Shown here one piece after another: positions 37,858-49,507 of a stretch of 64,000 nucleotides of DNA (position 1 is the first letter of the stretch; each line of letters opens with the position of its first letter). Made by a program: the position numbers and the translations under genes. The DNA comes from Octopus sinensis (taxonomy: Eukaryota). The DNA is taken from contig NC_043003.1 in assembly GCF_006345805.1 (NCBI RefSeq), positions 116,374,001-116,438,000 of the forward strand. Reading direction: 5' to 3'. The notes under the pieces were generated by a model that was not told where the DNA came from, ran no database searches, and saw nothing but the letters and a program-made list of their open reading frames with translations.

Positions 37858-39458
37858 TGATGATGATAGATAGATAGACAGGCATTATTATTATTATTAT
37901 TATTTTATTATTATTATATTATATATATATATATATATATATAATAATATATATAATATATTATTTCTTACTTATTTAAGAGAGAGAGAAGAGAGAGATA
38001 AATAGATAGATATATATATAGATAGATTATATTATATAGATATATGATTCAGGTAGGCAGACAGATAGAGAGATAGATAAATAGACAGACAGACAGACAG
38101 ATAGATAGATATGTTTCTTTTTAGCCACACAGGGCTGCACACAGATAGAAAAAATTACAAGTTAGAGCTTTTCTTTGAAGGTTAAAAAAAAAAAAAAGGA
38201 AGGGGGAGTTTCGATCAAAAGGGATCGTAAAAGGCGAGAAAGAGGACAAAAAAGGGGGTTAAAAAAAAGGGGAGAGCAAAAAAAAATTGATCAATACGGA
38301 TCGTTATCACAGAAATGTCAATATGAGTGTAAAGGGAGGACAGGTGAGGTTTACCCGTGGAAAGAAAAGCCTACGGAAAAGACCACGGTAACCTCGGTCA
38401 ATGGAATCACAGTTTATATTTCTTTTTTTTTTTTTTTTTGCGAATAAGCACTCTCTGTTTTCAATTTCTGGGTTCATAGGATCATGCTCAAGGTGGCTTC
38501 GTCATTCATAACGTGCCATTCTTGCTACATTCACCCATCTTTTTTTAAAACATTCGCTAGACAAAACTTGCTCTCTACTCCTCACTTTCCTCTTCAAGTG
38601 GTACTTGAAGAAGTTGATGAGAGATTGACAGAGAGGAAAGTGTTTGTCTCCAATCCTTTCAGACGCGTCCACCAGATACATTCTTTCGCCATAGCCACAA
38701 GGATGATTAAAATAGCTTTCCTTCCCGTTTGAAGGAAGGAGGCGTGACAATATTGACGATAGACTCAGCTGAGAGACCGAATCGTCCAAACGTGACAGCA
38801 GTTGTTCGACATAAGCCCACAGGTCGGAAATTGTTGGACACTGCACGAGTGCGTGCAGAACGGTTTCGGTCGCTCTGACCGCATCTCGGGCAGGTCGGCC
38901 CCCGTGTTTTCGAGCCGTGTCTGTAGAGCTTATCCCGAACGGGTAGCGCTTCTCGGTAGCACTGCCAGGCCAGGGATCTCTGGAAGTTGTCCATGGGCCC
39001 TGGCCCGAAAGTCGTCCTGACAGGCGGGTCAGGTACTCCTCGTCGACGTCCAGGTTCGCCCCGAGCTCGTCGCGTACCTCCCCTCCACTAATCCCTATAG
39101 AATGCTTTGGTTGTGTTGAAGTCACTCAAGGTCGACCCAGGACGGCAGAGTTGCTTGAGAGCACGCGACACTCACGGTGCCATTCGCCCTTCCTCGGCCT
39201 CTTTTTGATCCACGACTGCAGTTCGGTCATGGAGACGAGCTGCGGGAAAGCGTGCCTCACAAACGGCGACCACACCTGTTCACCGTCGTCTACATAGAGC
39301 CAGAGATGTCGCAGTCTCAGCGCGTGTCTGCGCATCATCAACCACGGCATGCCCAGCCCTCCTTTTAACGGGTGTTGACAGCAAATGGATCGCCTGACCA
39401 TCGGGACGCATCCTTTCCACAAGAAGCGAAAGAGAATGCGTTGTAGTTTGGTGATGGT

Positions 39459-39499
<41 letters not shown>

Positions 39500-39521
39500 G
39501 ATAGTTAGATAGATAGACAGG

Positions 39522-39585
<64 letters not shown>

Positions 39586-39771
39586 TTATTATTATTATTA
39601 TTATAATATATAATTATATACATTATATATATAATATATAATATATTTATTTATTTATTTTTATTTGAGAGAGGAGAGAGATAAATATATAGATAGATAT
39701 ATAGAATATATATTCAGGTAGGCAGACAGATAGAGAGATAGATAAATAGACAGACAGACGGACAGACAGAC

Positions 39772-39862
<91 letters not shown>

Positions 39863-39900
39863 CAGATAGATAGATAAATAGATAGACAGACAGACAGACA
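37490..39900. repeat. Triplicated compound (ATT)n-(TA)n-(GA)n-TTCAGGTAGGC-(GACA)n-(GATA)n block
   Basis: Unique anchor TTCAGGTAGGCA at ~37668, ~38049 and ~39713. Confidence 0.8.
38112..39459 (-). mobile_element. Tx1/L1-clade LINE, 5'-truncated, with 3' UTR and A-rich end
   Basis: LQRILFRFLWKG..HPLKGGLGMP; AWQCYREALPVRDKL..CPRCGQSD/ETVLHALVQCP (zf-RVT type); ends GTGGCTAAAAAAGAAAC in (TATC)n; GC-rich with few lesions. Confidence 0.9.
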
Positions 39901-40039
39901 GATCGATAGATTGATACATACATACATACATATAAACATACAAGCATACATACATGCATACATACATATATACATACAAGCATACATACATGCATACACA
40001 CATATATACATGCATTATTCAGTTTATATCTGTACTTAT

Positions 40040-40245
40040 GGGACACTGGGACATGTAGCGCACTGCCTAAATACAGTATTGAGAAATTAGGCTTCTCAAA
40101 GCCAGAAAGTTAATTGAAAGACTACAGATTCAACCAATCAGTGGAGCCTAAATGTGTGTAAACTTTCCAGAAGTTTATTATTTAAGTATATATGAGCATG
40201 TTTAGATATGCAACTATATGCATAAGAAGACATACATAAAACAGA
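40040..40245 (+). mobile_element. 3' fragment of the same R4-like family as 560-1160
   Basis: GCACTGCCTAAATA..TGAGAAATTAGG..AAACTTTCCAGAAGTTTAT.ATTTAAG aligns to the reverse complement of ~600-800. Confidence 0.7.
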
Positions 40246-40261
40246 ATCATAGAGATACATA

Positions 40262-40969
40262 CAGGGGTTGGGCGAAATAATGGAAAACCCTAGCATCATA
40301 GCATCATAATTTTGAAATCTCTATAAAACTATCAAAAGGTTGCTTATCTTTATGTTTTTGATTTTTTATTAGTGTTGCTTAATATGTTTTGCTAAAATTG
40401 CTGTTTCTTTCCAGATATCATCAGAACAAAGTAATTGAAATTCATTAAAATGACAGATCTATCGGACTTTCAAAGAGGTCGAGTTATTGGTGCTCATATG
40501 GCAGGTGCTAGCGTACCTAAAACAGCCGAAATGTTTGGTGTATCAAGAAGTATTGTCTCGAAAGTAATGACAGCCTTCGAGAAAGAGGGAATAACTCCTC
40601 GCTGAAACAAAACTCCGGAAGTAAACCAAAGCTTTCAGATAAGGACCGTCAGACACTTACGCGAACTGGTAGAAAGGATCCCAAAAGTGCAGCTCCCAAA
40701 ATTACTGCAGATCTTAATTACCACCTCGAGAACCCAGTTTCCACAAAAAATTTCGCCAGGAGCTGCACAAGGCCGGATTTCACGGGAAGGATGCAATCAT
40801 AAAACCACTACTTTCAAAAACAAACGTTGCAAATCGTTTAGGGTGGAGTAAAAACCTACAGAATTGGTCCCTTGAGCAGTGGAAGAATGTTATTTTCTCG
40901 GAGGAGCCTTCCTTTACCTAATTTCAGACCACACTCGCCAGTATTCGTATTGAGATAGCCAAAACGAGC
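40262..40969 (+). mobile_element. Tc1-like transposon, 5' TIR and transposase pseudogene, cut by assembly gap
   Basis: TA|CAGGGGTTGG terminus; ATG at 40450: MTDLSDFQRGRVIGAHMAGASVPKTAEMFGVSRSIVSKV..KPKLSDKDRQ..ELHKAGFHG..KPLLSK..WKNVIFSEE; frameshifts and stops. Confidence 0.9.
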
Positions 40970-41069
40970 NNNNNNNNNNNNNNNNNNNNNNNNNNNNNNN
41001 NNNNNNNNNNNNNNNNNNNNNNNNNNNNNNNNNNNNNNNNNNNNNNNNNNNNNNNNNNNNNNNNNNNNN
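40970..41069. other. Assembly gap (100 N)
   Basis: Run of N. Confidence 1.
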
Positions 41070-41732
41070 ATATATATATATATATATACATGTACATATA
41101 TACGTATATATATATATATATGTATATATGTATATATGTATATATATGTATATATATATATATATATGTATGTAAATATACATACATGCATACATACACA
41201 TACAGAGTAAAAATGCGAGTGAAAGAGAGCAGGATGGTAATCCGTTTTAGAGAACATTTCATGTTGTCAAACGTTGAATAGACAGAGGCCATTTCAAAGA
41301 AATCTGAATAAAGAAACACTGGATTCGTTAAGTGCCTTCGTAGCAGAAATACGTCTGAGAGTGAAAATCTTAGGACAGAAAAAAAAAATTTGCAGTATCT
41401 GTACTTTAATGAATAGCAATATTTAAATGAAAGAGCAACGCGTGTGGAATAAATCAGTTTTCTTTGATATTGTCGGGGATTTCCGGGCTGGGTGTGTTGT
41501 GTTCTTGAGCAATTTTGTTCAGTCCAAACATCTATAAATGAGTAACTCTGCAGCAGACTGGCATCACATTCAGGGGTCATGTTTTGATCCAGGTCTCTTA
41601 TATGCCATGGAAAGCGGAAAACCGGACATTGATGTCCCAGGACTGGAGACAGCAATCTTCAGTGGTTCATGATAATGATGACGATGATGATGTATGTATA
41701 TATATATATATATAATATATATATATATATAT

Positions 41733-41907
41733 AGTTAATCCAAACAAGAAAGCACATATAAACACAACAACGTGAGGACGTGGAACAAATATAGTATTAT
41801 TGGACGCTCAGGAAAGAAGGAAAGAAGGAGGGTTTAACGTTTCGAGCGGAGCTCTTCGTCGGAAACATAGGAGAAGGAAAGATCCAGAGAATGGAAGACA
41901 GAGGAAA
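41733..41907 (-). mobile_element. Penelope-like repeat remnant, family P2
   Basis: Near-identical to 52882-53061; embedded in (TA)n; carries hammerhead motif. Confidence 0.7.
41832..41866 (-). ncRNA. Minimal type I hammerhead-like motif (CCGACGA core, GUU site)
   Basis: GTTT CCGACGA AGAGC TCC GCTC GAAAC GTT AAAC. Confidence 0.6.
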
Positions 41908-42707
41908 TATATATATATATATACATAATGTATTATCGACCATACTATCGGATGTTGTTACACATCACTGGCCACAATGCGCTTCATATTGGTTTTGCTT
42001 TCGCCGGATTTTACCGCGCTGACATAGCAAACAGGCCAACATTTCCTCTGATCTGAAGGCTGTTCTGTTGCCGGGTTTCTCGTTTACAGAGAAGTAGATC
42101 GATAGACGGACAGATAGGTAGATAAATAGATCAATCTGTGTTCTCGAGTGAGGCAGAGATTGGGAATTTTTCGATATGCTACTGGAATGAAAAAAGAACA
42201 CTTACGGAAGATCGTTGAATTTGAGACCAGTTCCGAGTTACTGACTTTTTGAAAGTGGAGGAAATTTTTCTGATTTTTTGTTCCTATGGTTTAATTACAG
42301 TAAAAGAGTACGTACTCTCCGACAGTTTCCTGGATCCCCGAAAGTAATAGGAAAAGTGATCTAAAATGCTATGGTAATAAGTAATTGTTTCGGATTTTGC
42401 TGTTCAATTTTTGATTTAGCGAATTTTTTAATCACATTACCATCACGATTACATTCACAATCAACATCACCAACATCATTTGGACAAATGTGTTTGATAT
42501 CAGAAACTACAGAACGACCGGAATATCACTTTAATTGTTATATTCTGAATTAAGCTCCCATCTAATATTGTTCATTCGTGCACAAACAATAAGTCAAGAA
42601 AAATCTGTCAGTCAAAAACGATTTTAAGTTCCACTCAATTTTATGAAACAGTGATTTTCAAAACTATTAACATTAGAGAAAGTCATATTATATTTATTTA
42701 CCTTATA

Positions 42708-43155
42708 GGAAATTCTTGATTTGAACGGTAGTTTTTAACATTTCTAGGTAAATAAAAAAATTTAAACTTCGTATACTGGTAGAATGTGTTTATAAAACAT
42801 CTTTTCCTCTTGGCTTTATTGCGAAAATTCTATAGTTTGTAAGATATTTGTTGTTTTTTTTTTCTTCAATTTCTGCAATTTCAACCAATCACTGACGTCT
42901 ATTGAGGTAAAAAAAAAGCATTCTCTGCCGTATGAATATGTCCCTCGTTTAAGAAACAGATTAGGTTTATTTACATTTGTGAAGCAAAAATGATACCCTT
43001 CCCCCCACCGCTAACCCTAACACTAACCCTAACACTAACCCTAACTAACCTTAAAACAGTTTGAAATACCATAGATCGATACTAGGGTCATAATTATGGG
43101 TGACAATTTCATGTGACACCGCTAGAAAAAACTGCCGTTCAAACCGAAAGGATCC
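42708..43155. mobile_element. Merlin-like MITE, copy 3
   Basis: Degraded left TIR, intact right TIR; TSD ACCTTATA / ACCTTATC (7 of 8 match); ~6 degenerate CCCTAA units. Confidence 0.85.
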
Positions 43156-43640
43156 ACCTTATCTTTTAATTATAAATCTGTCTTCGCTTAACGAAACGTT
43201 TCCAGTAATAAACTGGTTTGAATTTCATCATCTCTGCCGGAATTCCGAAGATTGTTTTTATTATTATTGCTTTCATTGGCGAACAGTGGTCGTCTGAATT
43301 GTTGCACAATATTATGATTTGAAATCTCATCGGGATTCCGGATTCTTTTCATCTTGTCATGCTCAATGAAATACGATATTTATATGTCTAGGTATCTCAT
43401 ATGTGTGTGTGCGCGCGTTTATGTCTACGAATGAGTGGATGAGTGTATATGTGAGTCTGTGTATGTGAGTGTACATATTATATACATATGTATATGTGTG
43501 TGTGTGTGTGTGTGTGTTTATGAATATAGATAACTAGATAACTAGATAAATAGACAGATATATATATATATTATATATATATATATATAGTATAATATAT
43601 GTGTATATATATATATATGTATATATATATATGTGTATAT

Positions 43641-43675
<35 letters not shown>

Positions 43676-44515
43676 TCTATATATAATATTTACACACACG
43701 CACACATATATATATATACATAGAGAGGGGGGAGAAAGTCGGAAACAAAGAATTCCTTTCGATGTCAACAACTATCATATACCCCCAGGATGTATGACAT
43801 TATATCGATGGGAGATGATTGGAAAAATTAATGAGAATGGAGAGGAAACTGCTTTGCAGTATTTGTTGAAGACCTTTTAAATTTCGTTTTCAAATATCAT
43901 TAACTTCAGCTTTTGTCTTTTAATTTTCCAGTATCGATGAAATAATAATTAATCAAGTGCTTTAATCGATTCAATTCACTCCATCTTTCTCTCAATATTT
44001 GTGCCCTTTCGGCAATACTAAAAACCATTATCAATAGTTCCTCCTGAATATTTGTCATTTTAATGATCTGTGAAATATCTTATTTATTTTATTTGTAAAA
44101 TTTCTGTTAAAAGTTATGCGGATTTTACTGATCAATTCTTACAGTTAATATATTGTGTATACACTTGTATTTTTTAAAGAATATTCAATAAATTGGAAGT
44201 CTGTTTGCAAATATTGATTTTTAGTTCCGACTTCAACTGAGAAATTTTATGCCGTTCGGAGCAAAGGCATAAATTATCTTCACTGCGTAACTAGAACGTA
44301 TTTTTTATCAAGTGAAAAATTTTCGACAGTTTATGTCAAATAAAATTGCTTCGAACAAGGAATCGAAACCGATTTTGTCGCTTCTACATGCAAAAATCCT
44401 GACAATACCTCTGTTGCAGAAGATTCGTACAACTTCTCTATACTACTTAGTTCGCATGAGTTTTATATAGTTTTGAAATTTTGGTAGCAGGATATTTATG
44501 CCTTTCCGAAGGTAG

Positions 44516-44931
44516 GGATCTTTTCGGTTTGAACGACAGATTTTTCTAGCGGTGTCATATGAAATTGTCACCCATAATTATGACCCTAGAATCGATCTAT
44601 TGCATTTCAATCTGTTTTAGGGTTAGGGTTAGGGGTGGGGGGAAGGGTATCTTTTTTGCTTCACAAATGTAAATAAACCCAATCTGTTTCTTAAACGAGG
44701 GACATATTCATACGGCATAGAATGGTTTTTAACTCAATAGATGTCACTGATTGGTTGAATTTGCAGAAATTGAAGAAAAAAACAACAAATATCTTACAAA
44801 CTCTAGAATTTTCTCAATAAAGCCAAGAGAAAAAGATGTTTTATAAACACATTCTACCAGTATACGAAGTTTAACATTTTTTAGTTACCTAGAAATTATG
44901 TTAAAAACTGCCGTTCAAACCGAAAAGGTCC
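44516..44931. mobile_element. Merlin-like MITE, copy 4
   Basis: TIRs present; TSD GAAGGTAG at 44508-44515 and 44932-44939. Confidence 0.95.
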
Positions 44932-45039
44932 GAAGGTAGCTCTAACGTGGAAGGAAATCTTTCTTATATTCTCATGAGCTTAATTTTTAGCCTTCCTAGC
45001 GACCGTATTTGTATATCGCCTTCTGTTGAGTCTATAAAT

Positions 45040-45250
45040 ACGGCACGCTAACCGTGATAAAGGAAGGTCTCCAGAGGTTCGACTTCACCTTCAAGATGCA
45101 GTGGGGCTGTCACGAGACCGCCAGCTATGGACAGCACTGGTTGACCAGGTCGGTTCAATGCTTTACGACGTCTCTGGGATCACTGACCTGGGATGACCCC
45201 AACCCTATTAGGCAAGAGCATGAAACAGCACTGAAGCAAGTAGTTCAGTA
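45040..45250 (+). mobile_element. RTE-like LINE 3' end fragment
   Basis: With one frameshift KEGLQRFD..QDAVGLSRDRQLWTALVDQV, resembling the RTE terminal DRxxWRxxV motif. Confidence 0.5.
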
Positions 45251-45271
45251 GATGTATAATGTTTGTAAGGT

Positions 45272-45652
45272 GGAGGCGCAATGGCCCAGTGGTTAGGGCA
45301 GCGGACTCGCGGTCGTAGGATCGCGGTTTCGATTCCCAGACCGGGCGTTGTGAGTGTTTATTGAGCGAAAATACCTAAAGCTCCACGAGGCTCCGGCAGG
45401 GATGGTGGTGACCCCTGCTGTACTCTTTCACCACAACTTTCTCTCACTCTTACTTCCTGTTTCTGTTGTACTTGTATTTCAAAGGGCCGGCCTTGTCACT
45501 CTTCGTGTCACGCTGAATATCCCTGAGAACTACGTTAAGGGTACACGTGTCTGTGGGGTGCTCATCCACTTACACGTTAATTTCACGAGCAGGCTGTTCC
45601 GTTAATTCGGATCAACCGGAACCCTCGTCGTCGTAACCGACGGAGTGCTTCC
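45272..45652 (+). mobile_element. tRNA-headed SINE, group A, tail type 3
   Basis: Same head and core as 1811-2121; different tail ..CCCTCGTCGTCGTAACCGACGGAGTGCTTCCA. Confidence 0.9.
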
Positions 45653-45778
45653 ATTAATGTTTGTAAGTCAGCTGATTACGCAATTATATATTCATTATTG
45701 AAAGATTTATTTTATTATAATGAACCTACGATTCAGTTTAAAGTCAATTTTATGTTTTCTTATAATATATGAATACAA

Positions 45779-45913
45779 TACTGAAAATTGAGATCGAGCG
45801 AGCTTTTGCCCTTTTGCTCGACGTGTGGTTTCCGTCCACGCTGAGCTCACCTTGGGACACCTGCGTTACCGTTTGACAGACGTACCGCCCCAGTCAAACT
45901 CCCCGACCGACAC
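45779..45913 (-). rRNA. 28S: Isolated 28S (LSU) rRNA fragment, domain V including the P-loop region; non-functional
   Basis: Plus strand TACTGAAAAT..GATC.AGCGAGCTTTTGCCCTT..TGAGCTC.CCTT.GGACACCTGCGTTACCGTTTGACAG..GTACCGCCCCAGTCAAACTCCCC is the reverse complement of conserved eukaryotic 28S sequence. Confidence 0.9.
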
Positions 45914-47039
45914 GCTATTCAGAATGAAAAGACAATTTTTGTTTTTCGAATGAGGACCGAGACCTACAAAATCCGATTTTCTCTTTGCGAGAGTATTACA
46001 GACTGTTGAACAAGTCACATTATTGATCTGAAAAATGTTTTATCGATCAGAGAACGACAAATTCCATACCTCATCTCGTTAGGAAGATAATCCCAATCAA
46101 ATCTTTACGTCAATTCTTAGAGGTTTGATAATACGAATTTCCTGTATTTCATTTTATTTACGCGATGGAACACACTTCGAATTTTATCTCCATGTAATCT
46201 ATGCTCGTATAGACATAAGGACATTTATCTTGCTTCGCAACTAAATAGTTCACGCTTCCATCAATCTGCAGTTCCTAGTCTAAAGTATACTGGTCAAGCG
46301 TAATTTTAGTTACCTGACGCTCTAAAGATGACCACCACATGCTGAATGACCAAACATATGCTGAATGACCAAACAGCTTTTTTTAAACACAATAACTCTG
46401 CTACATATGTAGAGTGGCTTAGAGAAAGTGGTCTAACTACGCCTTGCCTCCATTTTCTTTGTTTTGTAGTTGCCGACAATGACCAACCACTTATGCTAAA
46501 AAGCAACAAAGTAACAGTGAGCATATTTTCCACAAGGTATGTTATGAATAAACCTTGTATACTCACACGACAGAACGGTGTGCTATGGCAGGTATTGATC
46601 TCTCTGAACGACGCTCCCCCGCCCCCCGCTGCTTGGACAAGACAAAATATTCATAACTTTGGTCTTTACAAAATTGTATTCCTGGCGAAAGCAACTCTCA
46701 CAAACCTGATACGGTCTGCAACTAGTATTAATCACGGTGCAAAATCGTGTAGAATCTGAGTTCTCTTTACAAGGCAGGTCTTCTTTAGAATTTTACGAAA
46801 CTATAAAGACGGTATGTAGCGTTTCACATCAAGTTTAGTGCCCCCACTCTCCTCAGACTCCCCCACGCTCCTCACTGTCCCCACTCTCCTCAGTGGGCAC
46901 ACTCTACTTATTGTGCACACTCTCCTCAGCGCCTGGCGCATAGTCAATTTTACGCATTTTATTGTTTCCCACGGAACAACCGAACTGGACAGAATCCAAA
47001 CCAGCAAAACGACTGTTCATGAAAGCAGCTGAAAAATTT

Positions 47040-47250
47040 AGAAGGCATGAGATTACAATGTGTCCCGCCGGAAATTTGAAAGAATGAGAGCAAGCAGAGC
47101 AACCCAAACTCGATGGGACCTGAGTCTGCTGCTGTGAATATGGCAAAATACAAAAGAATATTTGTGATGCAGTTATCCTTACATTGCACATGACTATACA
47201 CCACGGAAAGAATCTCTCCTCCATCGCCGTAAAAATACCAGTTGCAACAG
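47040..47250 (+). mobile_element. Very degenerate LINE (RTE-like) RT N-terminal fragment
   Basis: GKNLSSIAVKI resembles the RGISLLSIAGKI motif; VPPEI-like motif upstream. Confidence 0.35.
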
Positions 47251-47352
47251 CATTCCTAAATACACTGGTAACTGTCATTGCAAGTGAACTCCATCCAGCG
47301 AGTGTAAGAATATGTATATGTTTGTATACTTGTGTTTTTAACTATATGCTTG

Positions 47353-47398
<46 letters not shown>

Positions 47399-48020
47399 GT
47401 GGAAGCAGAAAGAAAGGAAAATAAATCTATAAGCAGACACATATAGATAGTTGCGTAGATAAAATTTTGGAAACACGGATAAATGTAAGGTTGAATAGAC
47501 AGTGAGGTAGATTTACAGATAAAATGATACGTAAATAGATATAGAGAGAATTATTTGCAGGGTATGATCGATACGCTGGCAGACATAAAGTTAGACAGCT
47601 TGGTAGTCTAAAAGGTGACAAGGATATTTACGTCTAAATTGTGCAGCTTCAATCAACCGAAACAAACGAGAAAAAGAATGTAGAAACTAAAAGAGACAGG
47701 TGTTTGTGTAGCAATAACATTAAACAAAAGTTTTGTCCGTGCGCTGCTCACTACCACAGATATATATATATATATATATATATATAGTGGTAAATGGTTT
47801 TTATTGGTACACTTTATGCGCCTGAACTTAGCAAATTTCCTTTAACACTTCTCAAGAGAATATCAATCAATTATGCAGAAGGAAAAAAAAAAGATACGAA
47901 TAAAGATTGCTTATAGACTCATTGTGTTCTAGAAATTCTAGAATATATGTTCATATTAATATTATATTATATTGATAATGCATGGTGGGCAGAAAAACTC
48001 TCTAGAGGGATAAGAGGGGG

Positions 48021-48146
<126 letters not shown>

Positions 48147-48149
48147 ATA

Positions 48150-48360
48150 TATGTAGGTCCCGGGTTGATCCGGGTTAACCACAGTAAGTAAGGTACTCAT
48201 ACATACATAGCAGAGTAAAATTAATTTATTATATAGAAGGAGCTTCTACAGGACTAGTACTGTTCATTCAAGAGAAATCTTCAGAAGCACTTCAGGCTTC
48301 CTGAAGATTTCTCTTGAATGAAACAGTCTAGTCTGTAGAAGCTCCTTCTATATAATAAAT
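48150..48360. mobile_element. Penelope-like remnant, family P3, fold-back
   Basis: ~64-bp inverted arms 48224-48288 / 48296-48360 with 7-nt spacer; partial hammerhead CTGAAGA..GAAACAGTC at 48301-48328; (TA)n both sides. Confidence 0.65.
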
Positions 48361-49294
48361 ATATATATATATATATATTATATATACATGTATATATAAA
48401 TTATATATATATATATAATATCCCTGCTTATATATTCGTCTATACATATCAATGTATGTTATGTATATATATATATACATTATATATATATATATATATA
48501 TCTTAATCACTAGGTCTTCTTCGTACTAAAATCTTTCTTACCGTTCGAATCAGTAACTTAAATACTTCAATATAATTACCGTCGATAAAATAAATGGCAG
48601 ATAGATATGATTGTGTAACTAAGAATTTCTGTTTCGAGGTTTACAGTTCGATCATACAACACGCCATGTGGGCAGGACTCTTTGATCAAGATGTGAGATT
48701 GTTATTGGTGTCTCATGGAGTAAAGCAATGAGTCCATCACCTTCGCAGTTCTCCCGAGGTATTTCATTTCATATTCCATGTAAACAGCAGAAGCGAACGA
48801 TTACAGAAAACAATGTTGTGCGCAGAAAGAATCCCAGATCAACGCTCTGGAGATGAATAACTCGGGGTACTCGTATTGAGATAGCCTGAATCTAGCAAAC
48901 ATCTAAGGAGAAGAGACTGCCACAGGAAAGACTGAAAAAGCAGAGAGAGGAAACAACAGATGCGCGGGCCAGTGAAATACGATGTATGTAGGATTCTGAA
49001 TTATCATCCCGGATATAAATTTCTGTCAGGTTTTGTTACACTTTAGTAAGTTTTACGCTTTATTTTACTCGCTCTAAAGAGGAAGACAAGTCTCTGAAAT
49101 GCAAAATTTGCCGTGTTGACCGGAGCTATAACATTTAATTGGTATGGTCAGTGATTTTGTTTTGCCTCTTCCACGCAAAAAAGAAACAATAGTACATATT
49201 TCAGAGGTGACCTGATGCATTCAGAATTCATGCAAGTTAAATTAAGGAAGTCTGCAAGTCTGCGAAGGAATGAAGTTCTATGCTGTTTGGGTCA

Positions 49295-49507
49295 AAGGCG
49301 GCGAGCTGGCAGAAACGTTACCACGCCGTTAGTCTGTCGTTACGTTCCGAGTTCAAATTGCACCGAGGTTGACTTTGCCTTTCATCCTTTCGGGGTCGAT
49401 AAATTAAGTACCGGTTACGCACTGGGGTCGATGTAATCGACTTGATCCCTTTGTCTGTCCATGTTTGTCCTCTCTGTATTTAGCCCCTTGTGGGTAGTAA
49501 AGAAATA
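49295..49507 (+). mobile_element. SINE group C with 16-bp TSD
   Basis: TSD TATGCTGTTTGGGTCA at 49279-49294 and 49508-49523. Confidence 0.95.

Noticed and set aside
46346-46759. 137-aa ORF as a single-exon gene
   Set aside because: No recognisable domain; only the 67-nt part with splice signals is retained as a candidate exon.
48895-48990. QTSKEKRLPQERLKKQREETTDARASE, resembling Helitron N-terminal charged repeats
   Set aside because: Single short degenerate stretch with no Rep or helicase motifs nearby.
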